Below, piece after piece: positions 28,764-29,503 of a stretch of DNA of 29,503 nt. Under the pieces are notes generated by a model that was not told the DNA's origin, searched no databases, and saw only the letters and a program-made list of their open reading frames with translations. The position numbers and the translations under genes are program-made. The stretch covers positions 1 through 29,503 of the IMG/VR virus record IMGVR_UViG_3300014962_000003; one strand, given 5' to 3'. The stretch comes from a virus. Within the stretch, counting starts at the first letter, position 1. Every line of letters begins with the position of its first letter.

Positions 28764-29503
28764 TGGCTCGAATGCGTACTATCAAACCCGAGTTTTGGAC
28801 TGACGACAAGATTGTCGAACTCTCACTACTGGCAAGACTGCTATTCATTGGCTTATGGAACTTCGCTGACGATGACGGCTATCTCGAGCATTCACCCAAA
28901 CGCATAAAGCGACTCATCTTCCCTGACCAAGACATTGATGTTGAGCAGGGCCTTCTTGAGCTTCTTGCGGCAGGTTTTCTCTGCGTATGCGACTCGGATC
29001 AAGGCGAGCTTTTGAAGATATGCAAGTTTGACGAGCATCAGCGGCCACAGCATCCTGTTCGCACGAAGTTTACGGGCATTCTCGAGCGTAATCTTGACGA
29101 TTCAAGAGTTCTCATGAGTGCTCATGAGGTCTCCGCAGGTAGAGTAGAGGAGAGTAGAGTAGTTAAGAGTAGAGAAGTTAATAATGTTCACGATGTGAAC
29201 GCTTTTGACGAGTTCTGGACTATCTGGCCTCGCAAAGAAGCCAAAGCTAAAGCGCGTACAGCCTATGCGAGAGCAATAAAGAAGATTTCTGAATCTGACT
29301 TACTGGCTAAAGCTAGAGAGTATGTCGATAATCCTTACCGGCCTGAACTTACTTTTGTTCCTCATGCTACTTCTTGGCTGAATGGTGAACGGTGGAATGA
29401 TCCGCTGGCGGGTGATGTGCGCGAGAAGCAGGTTGTGGATAGGTTTGGGCGCAAGATTTTCTATGACGAGAATGGGATTGCTCGCGGCCCGAATGATTGG
29501 CAA
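28763..29503 (+). CDS. Replication initiator / replisome-organiser-like protein. The first 247 codons are here; the ORF runs off the window end and finishes at 80..109.
   Basis: ATG overlaps the upstream stop (TAATG) and the frame stays open to the window end. N-terminus MARMRTIKPEFWTDDKIVELSLLARLLFIGLWNF and C-terminal FDEFWTIWPRKEAKAKARTAY resemble phage replication-organiser (DUF1376/DnaD-like) proteins. It sits directly upstream of the helicase and contains an iteron-like array. Confidence 0.55.
   Translation, partial: MARMRTIKPEFWTDDKIVELSLLARLLFIGLWNFADDDGYLEHSPKRIKRLIFPDQDIDVEQGLLELLAAGFLCVCDSDQGELLKICKFDEHQRPQHPVRTKFTGILERNLDDSRVLMSAHEVSAGRVEESRVVKSREVNNVHDVNAFDEFWTIWPRKEAKAKARTAYARAIKKISESDLLAKAREYVDNPYRPELTFVPHATSWLNGERWNDPLAGDVREKQVVDRFGRKIFYDENGIARGPNDWQ
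29111..29200. other. Putative origin of replication inside the initiator gene (phased palindromes, iterons and an AT-rich inverted repeat).
   Basis: CTCATGAG occurs at 29111 and 29121 (10-bp phasing). GTAGAG occurs at 29139, 29144, 29154 and 29169, with GTAGT at 29159. AT-rich ttaataat follows, then GTTCAC-gat-GTGAAC at 29186-29200. Confidence 0.45.
29425..29503. repeat. 79-bp terminal direct repeat, right copy.
   Basis: Exact copy of bases 1-79. One ORF reads through it in a single frame. Confidence 0.95.

Noticed and set aside
1-29503. CRISPR arrays, rRNA genes, transposases or IS elements, and lysogeny genes (integrase, CI-like repressor pair).
   Set aside because: I saw no spaced direct repeats, no rRNA-like sequence, and no recombinase or transposase motifs in any frame. 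The only repeats are those listed as features.

Overview
The window is a complete, circularly closed genome of a small dsDNA tailed phage. Bases 1-79 are repeated exactly at 29425-29503, so the unique length is 29,424 bp. The host is probably an Actinomycetota member: the phage carries a WhiB-like regulator, actinobacterial-type -10 boxes, apparent leaderless starts and an r1t-like holin.

All credible genes are on the + strand, tightly packed, and often joined by ATGA, GTGA or TAATG overlaps.

- **Replication and early arm (about 23.4 kb, through the junction, to about 5.4 kb):** YqaJ-like exonuclease and SSAP pair, WhiB, RHH protein, a C5-cytosine DNA methyltransferase interrupted by a frameshift, two PD-(D/E)xK nucleases, two HNH nucleases, an HTH protein, a replication organiser that wraps the junction, a DnaB-like helicase, SSB and a metallophosphoesterase.
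- **Late arm (about 5.5-23.3 kb):** TerS, TerL, portal, two extra structural genes, a HAD-phosphatase::prohead-protease fusion, a Cys4 protein, an HK97-type major capsid protein, a GT4+GT2 glycosyltransferase pair, connector proteins, tail tube, G/G-T chaperones with an A7 slippery site, tape measure, minor tail protein, two tail fibres with paralogous N-termini, an M23 endolysin and holins.
- **Not found:** integrase, CRISPR array, rRNA or canonical tRNA.

The most unusual items:
1. An 80-nt tmRNA-like tRNA-like domain with no mRNA-like domain, sitting between the head-maturation genes and the capsid gene.
2. The phosphatase-protease fusion, plus a C-terminal peptide it shares with the next protein. 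This may be a capsid-targeting tag.
3. A lambda-style iteron and palindrome array inside the initiator gene.
4. The methyltransferase, split across two frames and followed by a (GA)9 tract that gates a further LPTP module.
5. About 3.5-fold over-representation of CTCGAG, mostly as in-frame CTC-GAG.
6. A recurring TAGACTTG -10 box, positioned for leaderless terS and glycosyltransferase mRNAs.

All functional calls rest on motifs I recognised by eye. No database search was run.
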